A stretch of DNA of 64,000 bases from Bdellovibrionales bacterium (GTDB lineage: Bacteria > Bdellovibrionota > Bdellovibrionia > Bdellovibrionales > CAYMLA01). The DNA lies in contig OZ244239.1 in assembly GCA_965217115.1 (NCBI GenBank), positions 1,088,001 to 1,152,000 of the forward strand. The letters are read 5' to 3'. The notes beneath the pieces were generated by a model. That model saw nothing but the letters and a program-made list of their open reading frames with translations, did no database searches and was not told the origin of the DNA. A program made the translations under genes and the position numbers. This document shows, one piece after another, positions 48,958 to 59,786 of this stretch (position 1 is the stretch's first letter; each line of letters begins with the position of its first letter).

Positions 48958-51186
48958 ATGACTTCTAAAATTACTTACACAAAAACAGATGAAGCCCCCG
49001 CTTTAGCAACAAGTTCCTTTCTACCCATTGTCCAGCTTTTTACTTCGACGGCAGGAATAGAAATAGAAACAAAAGACATCTCTCTAGCGGGGAGAATTAT
49101 TTCCAATTTCTCAAAAACCCTCAATGACGAACAAAAAACAACAAACGCTTTAAATGAATTAGGAGCTTTGGCCAAAACCCCAGATGCCAATATTATTAAA
49201 CTTCCAAATATAAGTGCATCTGTGCCTCAACTCAAAGCTGCCATTAGCGAACTGCAATCTAAAGGGTATAATCTTCCAGATTACCCTGAAAACCCACAAA
49301 GCAAGAGTGACGAAGAGAACAGAGCCATCTACGCAAAAGTCCTGGGGAGCGCCGTTAATCCTGTCCTCAGAGAAGGAAACTCTGATCGAAGAGTTGCAGG
49401 TCCTGTAAAAGAGTATGCTAAAAGAAATCCTCACTCCATGGGTGCCTGGAGTTCTAACTCTAAAAGTCATGTCGCTCATATGAAAGATGGTGACTTCTAC
49501 TCCAGTGAAAAATCAATTATTCTCGATCGTGAAACAAACGTGTCCATTAAATTTATTTCTGAAAATAACACCACAAAAACCCTCAAAGAAAAGACACCTC
49601 TTCTCACTGGTGAAATTATTGATGCTTCTGTGATGAACAGCGATTCTCTCTGCCAGTTTTTTTCTGAGCAAATACAAGATGCTAAAAAAAACAATCTTCT
49701 TCTCTCTCTCCATCTTAAAGCAACAATGATGAAAGTCTCCGATCCAATTATTTTTGGTCTCGCCGTGCGCACCTACTTCAAGAGTGTTTTTGATAAACAC
49801 TCTCTTATTCTTGAAAAAATCGGGGTGAACCCCTGTAATGGTCTTAATGACCTTGAATCTAAAATTCAAAATCTTCCAGAAACTCAAAGAGAGGAAATTA
49901 AAGATGACTTAAAAAAATGCTACGAAAATGGTCCAGATTTAGCCATGGTCGATTCTGACAAAGGCATTACAAACCTTCATGTCCCTAGTGATATTATTAT
50001 CGACGCCTCTATGCCTGCTGCTATCCGTGCTTCTGGGAAGATGTGGGGTTCTGATGGTAAGCTTCATGACACAAAAGCCATGATTCCCGACCGTTCCTAT
50101 GCTGGTGTCTACCAAGCAACAATTGATTTTTGCAAAGAAAACGGGGCTTTCGATCCCTCAACAATGGGTAACGTTGCAAACGTCGGACTTATGGCCAAAA
50201 AAGCAGAGGAATATGGCTCCCATGACAAAACATTCTGTCTACAGGAAAAGGGTGTTGTTCGCGTTATTGACGACTCAGGTAAAACTCTGCTCGAACACCC
50301 TGTCAACAAAGGCGATATTTGGCGTATGTGCCAAACCAAAGATGAAGCGATTAAAGACTGGATCAGACTCGCCATCAATAGAGCTAAGTCCACTAAAAAT
50401 CCTGCTATTTTCTGGCTCGACAAGAACAGAGCCCATGATGTCAATCTCATTGAAAAAATAACTTCTTATCTTAAAGTCCATGACGATGTGATTTCGACGA
50501 ACAACCTAGAGGTTCAAATTCTTTCTCCTTTTGAAGCTTGTAGAGTCTCCCTTGAAAGAATGAAAAAAGGCCAGGACACGATCTCCGTCACAGGAAATGT
50601 CCTACGTGATTACCTCACAGATCTTTTTCCCATCCTTGAACTAGGAACCAGTGCAAAAATGCTCTCTATTGTTCCACTTCTTTCTGGCGGTGGGCTTTTT
50701 GAAACTGGCGCAGGAGGGTCCGCTCCAAAACATGTGCAACAATTTTTAGAGGAAGGACATCTACGATGGGATTCTCTCGGAGAGTTTCTAGCCTTGGCCG
50801 TTTCCTTAGAAGCCTTAGGCGAAAAAACAAACAATGAAAAAGCTCTTACACTTGCTAAAACACTCAATAAAGCCAATGGTCAATATCTCTCCGTCAATAA
50901 ATCTCCCTCACGCAAAGTGGGAGAAATAGATAATCGTGGAAGTCATTTTTATCTAACTATGTACTGGGCAGAAGCTCTTGCTGAACAAAATGAAAACATC
51001 GATCTACAAGAAATATTTTCTTCTATCTCTAAAGAATTAAAAGAAAACGAAGTGACCATTGTCTCTGAACTCAAGCAGGCACAGGGATGCCCCGTTGATC
51101 TTGGTGGTTATTACTTCCCAGATGAAGAAAAAATCACTCGCTCCATGAGGCCAAGTGAAACCTTTAATTCTATTTTAAATCGATAG
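48958..51186 (+). CDS. icd: Monomeric NADP-dependent isocitrate dehydrogenase
   Basis: [61 protein letters not shown]; 742 aa. Confidence 0.97.
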   Translation: MTSKITYTKTDEAPALATSSFLPIVQLFTSTAGIEIETKDISLAGRIISNFSKTLNDEQKTTNALNELGALAKTPDANIIKLPNISASVPQLKAAISELQSKGYNLPDYPENPQSKSDEENRAIYAKVLGSAVNPVLREGNSDRRVAGPVKEYAKRNPHSMGAWSSNSKSHVAHMKDGDFYSSEKSIILDRETNVSIKFISENNTTKTLKEKTPLLTGEIIDASVMNSDSLCQFFSEQIQDAKKNNLLLSLHLKATMMKVSDPIIFGLAVRTYFKSVFDKHSLILEKIGVNPCNGLNDLESKIQNLPETQREEIKDDLKKCYENGPDLAMVDSDKGITNLHVPSDIIIDASMPAAIRASGKMWGSDGKLHDTKAMIPDRSYAGVYQATIDFCKENGAFDPSTMGNVANVGLMAKKAEEYGSHDKTFCLQEKGVVRVIDDSGKTLLEHPVNKGDIWRMCQTKDEAIKDWIRLAINRAKSTKNPAIFWLDKNRAHDVNLIEKITSYLKVHDDVISTNNLEVQILSPFEACRVSLERMKKGQDTISVTGNVLRDYLTDLFPILELGTSAKMLSIVPLLSGGGLFETGAGGSAPKHVQQFLEEGHLRWDSLGEFLALAVSLEALGEKTNNEKALTLAKTLNKANGQYLSVNKSPSRKVGEIDNRGSHFYLTMYWAEALAEQNENIDLQEIFSSISKELKENEVTIVSELKQAQGCPVDLGGYYFPDEEKITRSMRPSETFNSILNR

Positions 51187-51446
51187 GCCTCTCTAAAATT
51201 TTGATAAATTATTATTTAAATACGGCTATTTTATTTTAATTTAATTTATTTGAAAAAAAACACTTGAAACAGTTCTCTTCTCCCTCAAATCCACCTTGTT
51301 CAAACTTATTTTTGAAAAAATTTCATACTCTTCAATTCATTTTGAATAGTTTAGAGATCTTTGCTAGTTTCCCTTCTTTGTTGGTTTAGACACTCATAAA
51401 GTGTCGTACACAAAATTTTGTCTATAAAATTTTTAAGGAGTCGTGG

Positions 51447-54400
51447 TTGAGTTTACGTACAAAAACCTTTTTTTTATTTCTACTCCTCCCACTCTGTGTA
51501 GGAGCATCAGGGCTCTCCCTGCCAATAGGTGTTGTCTCTAAACCAGCTACTGATCTGCTCTCACCGTCTTCTAGTAAAGGCCTCAATACCAACGAAATTA
51601 TCTCTCTTGAGAGAGACGGCTTTGATATCAGTTTACTCAACCCATCAGATAATAAGCTCTGGCAAAATCAAAGCTACTCAGCCTCCAACGCTCACAAATA
51701 CAGCTATCCACAACCAGGCCCTGCTTCAGTAACAACTGTTACATTTGTTGCCCACGAATCTGAAAATAAATTCACCTACATGGCTCGCGTAAAAAAAGGC
51801 TCACGCTATTTTCGTTTCTCCCTGAGTCGTTATGCCCACACCACTCTCCTTCGCGCCAACTTACTAAGAAAACTAGGCTATTTTGTACCTTCACCCAAGT
51901 TTTACTCTGATATCACCGTTAAGTTCTCCTCTGTTGATCAGATGGAGCAGTTTATGAAGCATGCCCAAGAAGCCACTTCCTCTGATTTTGTCAGTCGTAA
52001 GTGGTTCAAAAAAATTGATAAAGAGGGCTTTCAAGTCACCTTTAGTAATGCCCTCTTAGAACCCACTTCAGCTAATTACTTTGACATCCACTGGGCCTTT
52101 GTTCCAAAACCAGAAAACCCTAAACACCGAGGTTTCATTAGACAGCTTTCAAAAAATCGAGCCTTCAGAGCCTTAATTATTCCTCTCGTTTTAGCTGACC
52201 TTCCAGAGAGTATTAATCGCTTTTCTCCAAAAATAGGTTCTATCTATGCCAATAACGTTCTCTTTAATCACCCCTCATCAAGTTCTTTTTTCGCCTGTAA
52301 CTACAGCGATGCCAAATGGATTGTCAGGAAAATTCTTCGTCTCTCTAGCCAAGACTGGCGAGAGATCATTCAACACAGTCACCTACCTAAAGAGATCAAT
52401 GAAATTGTTTATAGAAAAATCCTCTATCGTGTTCGCAATCTCTCCGAATTATTCAACCTAAAAAAAGATTTTCAAAACCAACACACCAGCTCTTTGCCTC
52501 GTCTGAAGTGGGATTCCCCTTCTGGCCTTATTCTCAAAGGAAAAGTCACGCAAGAATTTATAGATGGATATCCACAACGTTTTTCCCACGGAGACAGGGA
52601 ATCCCCCTTTAGCAGCGACGATATTTTTCGTTATATCTCCATCGAAGCTGCTTCATCAGGTTTAGGTGAAATACTCAACAAAGTGAATAAAAACCTCTCC
52701 ATCGTTAGCCATCAGGATCTTGCCCAAAAAAGACAGAAAGTTATTCAGCAAAGAATTCACGATCATATTCAAAAAAACCCCCTCACTTCTCTATTTCAAA
52801 AAGTGGAATCATGGGGAGGAGTCGTTGCAGGAGGATCAGTCGATGCTAGCCGCCATGTTGCCACTGGCACTTATTATGACAGCCATGCAGCCATTCAGTT
52901 GGTCGATCATCTTACCGTCAACACCAACATTGGTTATTTCAGAGGCCTCGATGGCTACGCAAAGGTGTTCCCCTCGGCAGGTGGTAATTTACAACTGCAA
53001 CGCAGCTACACCCACGTCCGCCCCATAAACACACTTGAAGAAGGAAAAAAAGTCCCCTGGGAAAATGTTTTTATCCCTGGCTTTTTAAACAATCTTATTA
53101 AAGACTTAGACAAACCATCGACAGACGCCACTTCTCAAGAAAACTCCCTCAATTCTTTTTTAAACCAGCTCAAAGACGGGGAAGTTTTCACCATCAGTGA
53201 TTCTGTTGCTTTAACAGGATACCTACAGGTGGCTTCTTCCATTGATGTTCTTCTCGGAATGAAGCCCTTTAGGTATACCAACGCCATTTCCCTTGGAACT
53301 GATGCAAGCCTTGTGGTCTTAAAACAAACCCACTTTCTCAAAACCAAAGATGGCTTACAGATTTTTATTCGCTCCATTAACAACAAGGCTGCAGGAATTA
53401 GTTTTGATGCAAACTACTTCATCAACCTTATAAGACTCAGAGCCTCCACGACCCGCTCTAAAACGGCAATCGATGCTTATATTATTCCCTACTCCACAGA
53501 GATATCATCCCTTATTGAAGACAAAACAAAAAAACAAGAACTCACAAATAAACAAGAACATCTTCAAATCGCCCTCTCGGCGCTTTTTAAAGAAAATGAC
53601 CACGAACTTCTACAAAAATATTTTTCTGACAAAAAATTTAAGATCAATCATGAGCTTTTCACCAAAAAAACTTCGTCAAAGTTCTTTTTAGAACACAGAC
53701 GTTCATTTTATGAAGAACATGATTTGCACTTAAAATACCCTGAAAACAAAGACTATCCCCACCTCAAAGCAGAAGATGAAAAAGTGCATATTTTTTCCTC
53801 TCGCCAAGGAAAACTCGTTGGCTATGACATTCTCAATCTCTTTGCCGATTTTTTTAATCAATTTATCGACAAACCAGGGGCCCTCTCTTTCGCTCAATCC
53901 CCAAACCCTGCCAATCTTGCCTTTGGTAAAGCCCATTGGAAAACCATCTCTGTGGAAGCTGATTTAAGCTCCTCGAAAGACTCCTACCCCTCCGTCGGAA
54001 AGATACAAAAAATCTGGGGCGGCTGGAAAATAGATCGGCCTGAGTTCCTTGAACTCATCCAAAACGCTTCAAAAGACCTCCTTGATTCCGAGAATAATTC
54101 CTACAGACTTTTAGAGGAAGAGGCCTTTAACGATGTCAACAGTGTCGAGTTTTATCGAGTTACTTCCAATTTTTCTATTTTTGAAGACGGCTTGAATAAA
54201 ATAAGAGATCTCATGTTACAAATAGAGTACAAAGACTTAGACAAAAACTCTTCATCTCAAACACAGGGTTTTTCCTTAGGCTCTGTGGTATCAAATCTTT
54301 TTTCTAAATTAAGCTTTTCTTCTGAAAAATACTTAGCGTCTGATAAATTTTTTTACGAAGCTATTCTTAAAATGTTCGCTTATGGGGATGTCGCTCTTGG

Positions 54401-54881
54401 ACAGAAACATTATGTCCAAATCTGTCAACAAGAGGTGGCTGATAGCGGAGTCGAAGACTGGCGGCTGCAAGACGATAACTACACAGGCTCTGCATCAGAA
54501 GTGATGACTTCGGCTTCGTATTACGGGCAGAGCTATGAATGTATTTCTCCATGGCTGAAGTCTCTTCTTTATTTAAGAAGACATTTTCCTCAAAATAAAA
54601 AAGAACAGGTAAAGTGGTTAGCAAAGGTGCTTCCTCTCTTAGAAGAACACATTCCTTTGCCACAGTTATTAGCTTATATAGGAAAAGAAAATTATTTATT
54701 TTTTATTCAAATTAGTGGCTTTAGAACAGGGGATGAAGACGGTGACCTACAGTTCTTCTCTAACTCCATTGGCGATCCCAAAGGAGATTTTGAAACTGCT
54801 AATGGCCTTATCTCTCTCTACGCATCAAAAACAGGCGTTGTCCCCGGAGAACTTTACAAAACAAATGCGGATTTTCAATGA
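51447..54881 (+). CDS. Large exported hypothetical protein (kinase-like N-domain, beta-rich middle)
   Basis: 1144 aa, AAGGAG RBS + TTG, signal peptide; LLRKLGYFVP and DAKWIVRKI...DWREII motifs. Confidence 0.7.
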   Translation: MSLRTKTFFLFLLLPLCVGASGLSLPIGVVSKPATDLLSPSSSKGLNTNEIISLERDGFDISLLNPSDNKLWQNQSYSASNAHKYSYPQPGPASVTTVTFVAHESENKFTYMARVKKGSRYFRFSLSRYAHTTLLRANLLRKLGYFVPSPKFYSDITVKFSSVDQMEQFMKHAQEATSSDFVSRKWFKKIDKEGFQVTFSNALLEPTSANYFDIHWAFVPKPENPKHRGFIRQLSKNRAFRALIIPLVLADLPESINRFSPKIGSIYANNVLFNHPSSSSFFACNYSDAKWIVRKILRLSSQDWREIIQHSHLPKEINEIVYRKILYRVRNLSELFNLKKDFQNQHTSSLPRLKWDSPSGLILKGKVTQEFIDGYPQRFSHGDRESPFSSDDIFRYISIEAASSGLGEILNKVNKNLSIVSHQDLAQKRQKVIQQRIHDHIQKNPLTSLFQKVESWGGVVAGGSVDASRHVATGTYYDSHAAIQLVDHLTVNTNIGYFRGLDGYAKVFPSAGGNLQLQRSYTHVRPINTLEEGKKVPWENVFIPGFLNNLIKDLDKPSTDATSQENSLNSFLNQLKDGEVFTISDSVALTGYLQVASSIDVLLGMKPFRYTNAISLGTDASLVVLKQTHFLKTKDGLQIFIRSINNKAAGISFDANYFINLIRLRASTTRSKTAIDAYIIPYSTEISSLIEDKTKKQELTNKQEHLQIALSALFKENDHELLQKYFSDKKFKINHELFTKKTSSKFFLEHRRSFYEEHDLHLKYPENKDYPHLKAEDEKVHIFSSRQGKLVGYDILNLFADFFNQFIDKPGALSFAQSPNPANLAFGKAHWKTISVEADLSSSKDSYPSVGKIQKIWGGWKIDRPEFLELIQNASKDLLDSENNSYRLLEEEAFNDVNSVEFYRVTSNFSIFEDGLNKIRDLMLQIEYKDLDKNSSSQTQGFSLGSVVSNLFSKLSFSSEKYLASDKFFYEAILKMFAYGDVALGQKHYVQICQQEVADSGVEDWRLQDDNYTGSASEVMTSASYYGQSYECISPWLKSLLYLRRHFPQNKKEQVKWLAKVLPLLEEHIPLPQLLAYIGKENYLFFIQISGFRTGDEDGDLQFFSNSIGDPKGDFETANGLISLYASKTGVVPGELYKTNADFQ

Positions 54882-57800
54882 AACAAACTCTCATCGTCAT
54901 TTTCTTCATGGCAATCTCTTCTTTGGCTTTCTCTTCGCCGACAACGACTATTGATGTGACTGTTAGCCTGCGTGCAATCAAAGGAGATAACTCTCGCCTC
55001 TCTCTAGCTGAAATGAGCCGCCTTCTCAAGGAAAAAAGAATTATTAAACACAGACGACTTTTCACGCTTAAAGAAAGGGCAATTCTCAAAAACATCTCAC
55101 TGTCTTTTCTCGCACACAGTTATGTCGTCACCCTTAAGGCAAAAGACCTTTCAGCTTTAAGAAGACAATTTCCTCTCCTTGCCATTGACCCTAATGACTT
55201 AGAAATAAAAAAAACAGACTTTTCTGAACTTCAATGGCCTTTAAAAAACAACGGTATCCCGCAAACGATTGAACTAGATCACATCCACAATCGTCAAATT
55301 ACAGGTGTATCCAGTGAAGACATTGGAAAACCCAGTAAAAATATAAAACCTATTATAAATACAGACATTATCGTTGCCGTCCTAGACACTGGTCTTCAAA
55401 AAGATCACCCCGACTTAAAAGAACGACTTGTGCGTAAAGAGAGTGAATGCCAAGCCCTAGAAAAATTTAAGTCCTGCCTGAAGGCCCATGGAAGAAAGAA
55501 ATGCGAAGAAACTTGGTTTGATGTTAACCATCCCGAAGTAGATTTAGACGGCAATGGATATCCCCTTGATTGCAACGGATGGAGCTTGCTCGGAGGGCTC
55601 AACTCAGCAGGTATTATGGGACGTCCTGATTTTTCTGATGATCAGGGTCATGGAACCCATGTCTCTGGGATTATCGCCGCCGCTAAAAACAACAACACTG
55701 GTATTCAAGGTTGCTCTGAAAACCTACGCATCTTACCTGTGCAAGTTCTAGGAAAAAAACCCAATGAACCCATAAAGCCTCTCTCCGTAACTTCTGACTC
55801 TTCACATTTGATTTCTCCAAAAGAAGCTGTGCACAAGGGTTCTCGCAGAACGTTAGCCGATATTGTTGCAAGAGGTGTTATCTACGCCATAAGTTCTGGA
55901 GCAAATATTATTAATTTTTCTATGGGCTGGCCCCAATCTAGAGACTCTGAATTTATGCGAACGATTATCGCTGAAGCTCAGAAAAGAAATATCACCATTG
56001 TTGCTGCAGCAGGAAACGATTCAACAAAAGCTCTACTTCGCCCATGTAGTTACCCTGGAGTTATTTGTTCTGCCTCACATGGACCCGATGGAGCTATTTC
56101 CTCTTTCTCTAATTATGGCAGTGGTGTCGATATTGCTGCTCCAGGTTTAAATATTTTAAGCACATGGCCTGAAAACAAAAGACCTGTGAGGTTTCGAGCC
56201 ACCCACGGTTACGAATTTCTCCACGGAACATCTCAGGCTTCTCCTTATGTCGCCTGTGCTGTGGGAGAAATACTTTCCCGTGGCCATTCCCCCCGAGAAA
56301 CTTACGCCCGTTTGATCGCTGGTGCGAGGCCCCACGTAAAAGAATCTACTCTTCAAGAAAAAAACCCCCACCAACACATCAGCGAGACCAGGAAACATCT
56401 CCTAAAAGAAGAAAAATTTACCATGTCTGGCAATTTAGATATTCAACGGGCACTCCATGTAAAACCCCAGCCTGTTATTCTTCCCTACACAAAAGAAAAA
56501 ATTCATATTTCTTGGCCTGAAACTCAAAAAAGCATCCAACTCAGTATGCAGTTTAAAAATTTCTGGCTTCGATCTGCCAAAACCAGTGTCAAAGTACAAA
56601 TTGTCTCTCCAACAAAAACATCTCTTAAATTAGGGCCATTACTTGGAAAGACCGAAAATTGGAAAGAAGAAGAGGTGAGAGCCTTTAAACTCACCCTCTT
56701 AACAACTCACGCCAACAGAGACTCTCTCTCCAGTGAAATCACACTTAAAGTTTCTATTAAACCACAGGGACATAAAAAAAGAGACTTTTACGTTCCCGTT
56801 ATTTTCACTACCCCCATAGATAAAAACTTTTTTAGAAAAGGCGTTGCTCATTTTAAAATTAAAAATCCACTGAAAACGAGACTCTCTATTCTTCCTATTG
56901 ATCAGAGACTGGATCGAAAACAACACTTCATAGACTACTTTTTTGCCGAATACAATGACCAGTGGACATATCACCTTGTCACTCAAGACGAAGACGGCTC
57001 TTATACAAGAAAAAACAACTACTCTCTCACTCCAAAGGGAGAGAACTTAGACGCCCTTCGAGAACAGTTTCTTATAAGGTTTGACTACAATATGGACGGT
57101 CACTCCGACTATGCCATTGGACTTTTCGATCCAACAGGAAAAACATCCTTTCATATCCTAAATTCTGAACTTCAATTGTTAGATAAATTTGAAATCAACA
57201 ACGATATCTCCCCCCTTTCCCACGAAATTCACTGGATGGCTCTTCGTGATCAGAATAACGGCCATCACAAGAAAGTCCCCGCATGGCTTGGCACAGGAAA
57301 AGAGCCTGCTAAAAAAATCACTCTTAAAGAACTCTGGGAAAACCCTCAAGGTTACGAACCCCTCGAAAGACGCCTTTATTATCTCAATGGAAAACATGAA
57401 CTTCAAGCCTTTCAAAAACACCAAGGGTTTAATGTTGCTGATATTCTTGAAAATAGTTTAGATCAAAAAATTGCGGGCCAACTTCTTCTGCTCTTTTCCA
57501 AAAACTTAGGTACAGAACAAAAATATTCTTTTATCAATGAATTTGCCATCGGTGTTTTTGAAAATGGTCAGATCACTTCTTTCTATCCTCTAAACCCATC
57601 AAGCAATAGCTTTTATAATGATATTGCCGGGTCCAGGGTTGGCCCCATCCATAATCTACATCAAGGAGACCCTTTTATCGGCAATTTCTGGTTTTCTAAT
57701 TCCAGATCAAACGAACAAAGTCTCTCGTGGTTTTTACCAAAAGATATGTCATTTTCAAGTGCAGATCTCTTCCCTCTGAGGGGCGTCGTCGACAACGTTC

Positions 57801-58249
57801 TATGGGTTAGATCTTTTTATCAAGGCCAACATAATGGAGTCAAAAAATCTGGGGCCTTCTCCTTAACAAATAGCGAAATTCAGTATCATGATCTAATAAC
57901 TAAGCAAACCGTCAAAAAGAGCATAGAACGTTACACCTTCTATCAAAGCATGCTCACAACCAATTTTTACTCTCCCATCACTCTTTCAAGTAAAAGCAAA
58001 AATGGCTTTCGACAGCCAGCCCTTTTCACTGCTGAAGGAACACTCTTCCATAAAGGTTTACGTTTCATCGTTCCAGAATACAGCAACAACGGTAACCTGA
58101 CTGGATTAAGGTTTCCTCTCAATCTAAGAATGGCTGCACAAAACGGCTGTCGCTCAATCGACACTCCCGTATGGTTGGGAGAAGACAAAGGTTATTATAT
58201 AGATTTTTATTGCCGAGATCGATTCATAAGAGTCCCTCTCGAGCTATAA
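54878..58249 (+). CDS. Secreted S8 subtilisin-like serine protease with long C-terminal extension
   Basis: IVAVLDTG, HGTHVSGII, AAAGND, GTSQASP; FG-GAP-like DYNMDGHSDY; ATGA overlap with upstream gene. Confidence 0.9.
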   Translation: MKQTLIVIFFMAISSLAFSSPTTTIDVTVSLRAIKGDNSRLSLAEMSRLLKEKRIIKHRRLFTLKERAILKNISLSFLAHSYVVTLKAKDLSALRRQFPLLAIDPNDLEIKKTDFSELQWPLKNNGIPQTIELDHIHNRQITGVSSEDIGKPSKNIKPIINTDIIVAVLDTGLQKDHPDLKERLVRKESECQALEKFKSCLKAHGRKKCEETWFDVNHPEVDLDGNGYPLDCNGWSLLGGLNSAGIMGRPDFSDDQGHGTHVSGIIAAAKNNNTGIQGCSENLRILPVQVLGKKPNEPIKPLSVTSDSSHLISPKEAVHKGSRRTLADIVARGVIYAISSGANIINFSMGWPQSRDSEFMRTIIAEAQKRNITIVAAAGNDSTKALLRPCSYPGVICSASHGPDGAISSFSNYGSGVDIAAPGLNILSTWPENKRPVRFRATHGYEFLHGTSQASPYVACAVGEILSRGHSPRETYARLIAGARPHVKESTLQEKNPHQHISETRKHLLKEEKFTMSGNLDIQRALHVKPQPVILPYTKEKIHISWPETQKSIQLSMQFKNFWLRSAKTSVKVQIVSPTKTSLKLGPLLGKTENWKEEEVRAFKLTLLTTHANRDSLSSEITLKVSIKPQGHKKRDFYVPVIFTTPIDKNFFRKGVAHFKIKNPLKTRLSILPIDQRLDRKQHFIDYFFAEYNDQWTYHLVTQDEDGSYTRKNNYSLTPKGENLDALREQFLIRFDYNMDGHSDYAIGLFDPTGKTSFHILNSELQLLDKFEINNDISPLSHEIHWMALRDQNNGHHKKVPAWLGTGKEPAKKITLKELWENPQGYEPLERRLYYLNGKHELQAFQKHQGFNVADILENSLDQKIAGQLLLLFSKNLGTEQKYSFINEFAIGVFENGQITSFYPLNPSSNSFYNDIAGSRVGPIHNLHQGDPFIGNFWFSNSRSNEQSLSWFLPKDMSFSSADLFPLRGVVDNVLWVRSFYQGQHNGVKKSGAFSLTNSEIQYHDLITKQTVKKSIERYTFYQSMLTTNFYSPITLSSKSKNGFRQPALFTAEGTLFHKGLRFIVPEYSNNGNLTGLRFPLNLRMAAQNGCRSIDTPVWLGEDKGYYIDFYCRDRFIRVPLEL

Positions 58250-58290
58250 AATAAAACAAAAACTTTTAACCAAACAAAAGGAGAACAAAA

Positions 58291-59205
58291 ATGAGTTTAC
58301 AAAAAGCAAACAAACTAATCAAAAGTAGTGCCCTCGTGGGTATTACAACCCTAATCACTCTTATGAGTGGTTGTGGAGGCGGTGGTGGTAGCAGTGCCCC
58401 AACCCTCTATTACCCCTACGAAGACGTTTTTGGAAACGCCTGTAGTAAGCTTGAAGCTAGTCCTGGATGTACTTTTCTTCGCTCCACAGGAGAGAGAATC
58501 ACAGTTAGTGAAGACTCTTATTATAACGTTAACGGCAATGGTTCTGATGATATCGTCTACGTCATATTTGATGATTATGGAGTCGGCTCCGTGTACACAG
58601 ATGACAGCGGAAAAGTGGATTATACCCTAGACATCAGCCAATTTTCTGGTTGGATCAGCGGAAACACCATTGGTGTGGGAGTAACTGGGCTACACTGGGA
58701 AGATGTCTCTAGAGGAACCTACTGGTGGGGAAAGAATGGCGTTCTTTACAATGCCAACGATGGAGAAGCCAATTTTTCACGGGCTATTAACGACACAAGT
58801 GCCAGTGAAGCCGTTGACACCAACTTTTCTGCACTCAACAGTGAAGGTAATAAAGCTCTCGTTCAAGCTGGAACCGATAAGCTCGTCGACGAATACGGTC
58901 TCGGTGAAGAGAAAGCTTATGCCATCGCTTCAGCCCTCAATCGCTGGGGAGTTGCCGCTTCAGAAAGAGGATTCACAACAACCAAGGACATGAACACAAC
59001 CTTTAATGCTGTTTTCGGTGTCAATTTTGATGACGCCCTCGCTGCATTCAACGGTCTGCGCAATGGGGATCCCACTAAAATGCAAGCAATCACACTACGA
59101 TCTGCTTCAGCCAATGGACTTAAGCCTCATATGGCCAAAAAGTTTGTCAAAGGCGTGTACAAGAAAGCCCTGGCTAACTGGGGATACGAAGACATCAATT
59201 GGTAA
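58291..59205 (+). CDS. Hypothetical lipoprotein
   Basis: AGGAG RBS; lipobox LMSG-C followed by GGGGGSS linker. Confidence 0.8.
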   Translation: MSLQKANKLIKSSALVGITTLITLMSGCGGGGGSSAPTLYYPYEDVFGNACSKLEASPGCTFLRSTGERITVSEDSYYNVNGNGSDDIVYVIFDDYGVGSVYTDDSGKVDYTLDISQFSGWISGNTIGVGVTGLHWEDVSRGTYWWGKNGVLYNANDGEANFSRAINDTSASEAVDTNFSALNSEGNKALVQAGTDKLVDEYGLGEEKAYAIASALNRWGVAASERGFTTTKDMNTTFNAVFGVNFDDALAAFNGLRNGDPTKMQAITLRSASANGLKPHMAKKFVKGVYKKALANWGYEDINW

Positions 59206-59222
59206 AAATAGTTTTTTAAAAA

Positions 59223-59261
59223 TTAAAATCAAGGGAGATTTTTCTTCTCCCTTGATTTTAA
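59223..59261 (+). terminator. Intrinsic terminator closing the three-gene cassette
   Basis: TTAAAATCAAGGGAGA-loop-TCTCCCTTGATTTTAA 16-bp inverted repeat. Confidence 0.8.
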
Positions 59262-59325
59262 CCTACATAGCCTATAAAATTCCTTTCATAGAAAACATCA
59301 ATCGAATCACTCTAAAGGAGAAAAT

Positions 59326-59751
59326 ATGGCGCAAGAAATAACTTTTAGCATTATAAAACCCAATGCAATCAAGAAGAACGTCATTGGAGACATCATCTCT
59401 TTATTTGAAAAAAATGATCTTAAAATCGCTTCTGCGAAACTGACTTCTCTGTCTCGATCTCAGTGTGAGACTTTTTATGAAGAACACAAAGAACGTCCCT
59501 TTTTCGACGAACTTGTCACTTTTATGACATCAGGTCCAGTTATGCTTATGGCCCTCTCTGGAGAAAATGCTATCACTAAGAACCGCGAAATCATGGGCGC
59601 CACAAACCCTGACGACGCCAACGAGGGAACTCTTCGCAAACTCTACGGCGATAGCGTTGGAGAAAATGCTGTCCACGGCAGCGACAGTCCTGCCAGTGCC
59701 GAAAGAGAACTTAATCTTTTCTTTGAAAAAAACGAATTCGTTAATAGATAA
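59326..59751 (+). CDS. ndk: Nucleoside diphosphate kinase
   Basis: [27 protein letters not shown]. Confidence 0.97.
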   Translation: MAQEITFSIIKPNAIKKNVIGDIISLFEKNDLKIASAKLTSLSRSQCETFYEEHKERPFFDELVTFMTSGPVMLMALSGENAITKNREIMGATNPDDANEGTLRKLYGDSVGENAVHGSDSPASAERELNLFFEKNEFVNR

Positions 59752-59786
59752 TCTCAACATAATCGCTCAATAGGGCCTCATCTACA

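Noticed and set aside
51187..51446. AT-rich spacer as replication origin or mobile-element end
   Set aside because: No DnaA-box cluster, terminal inverted repeats or transposase seen
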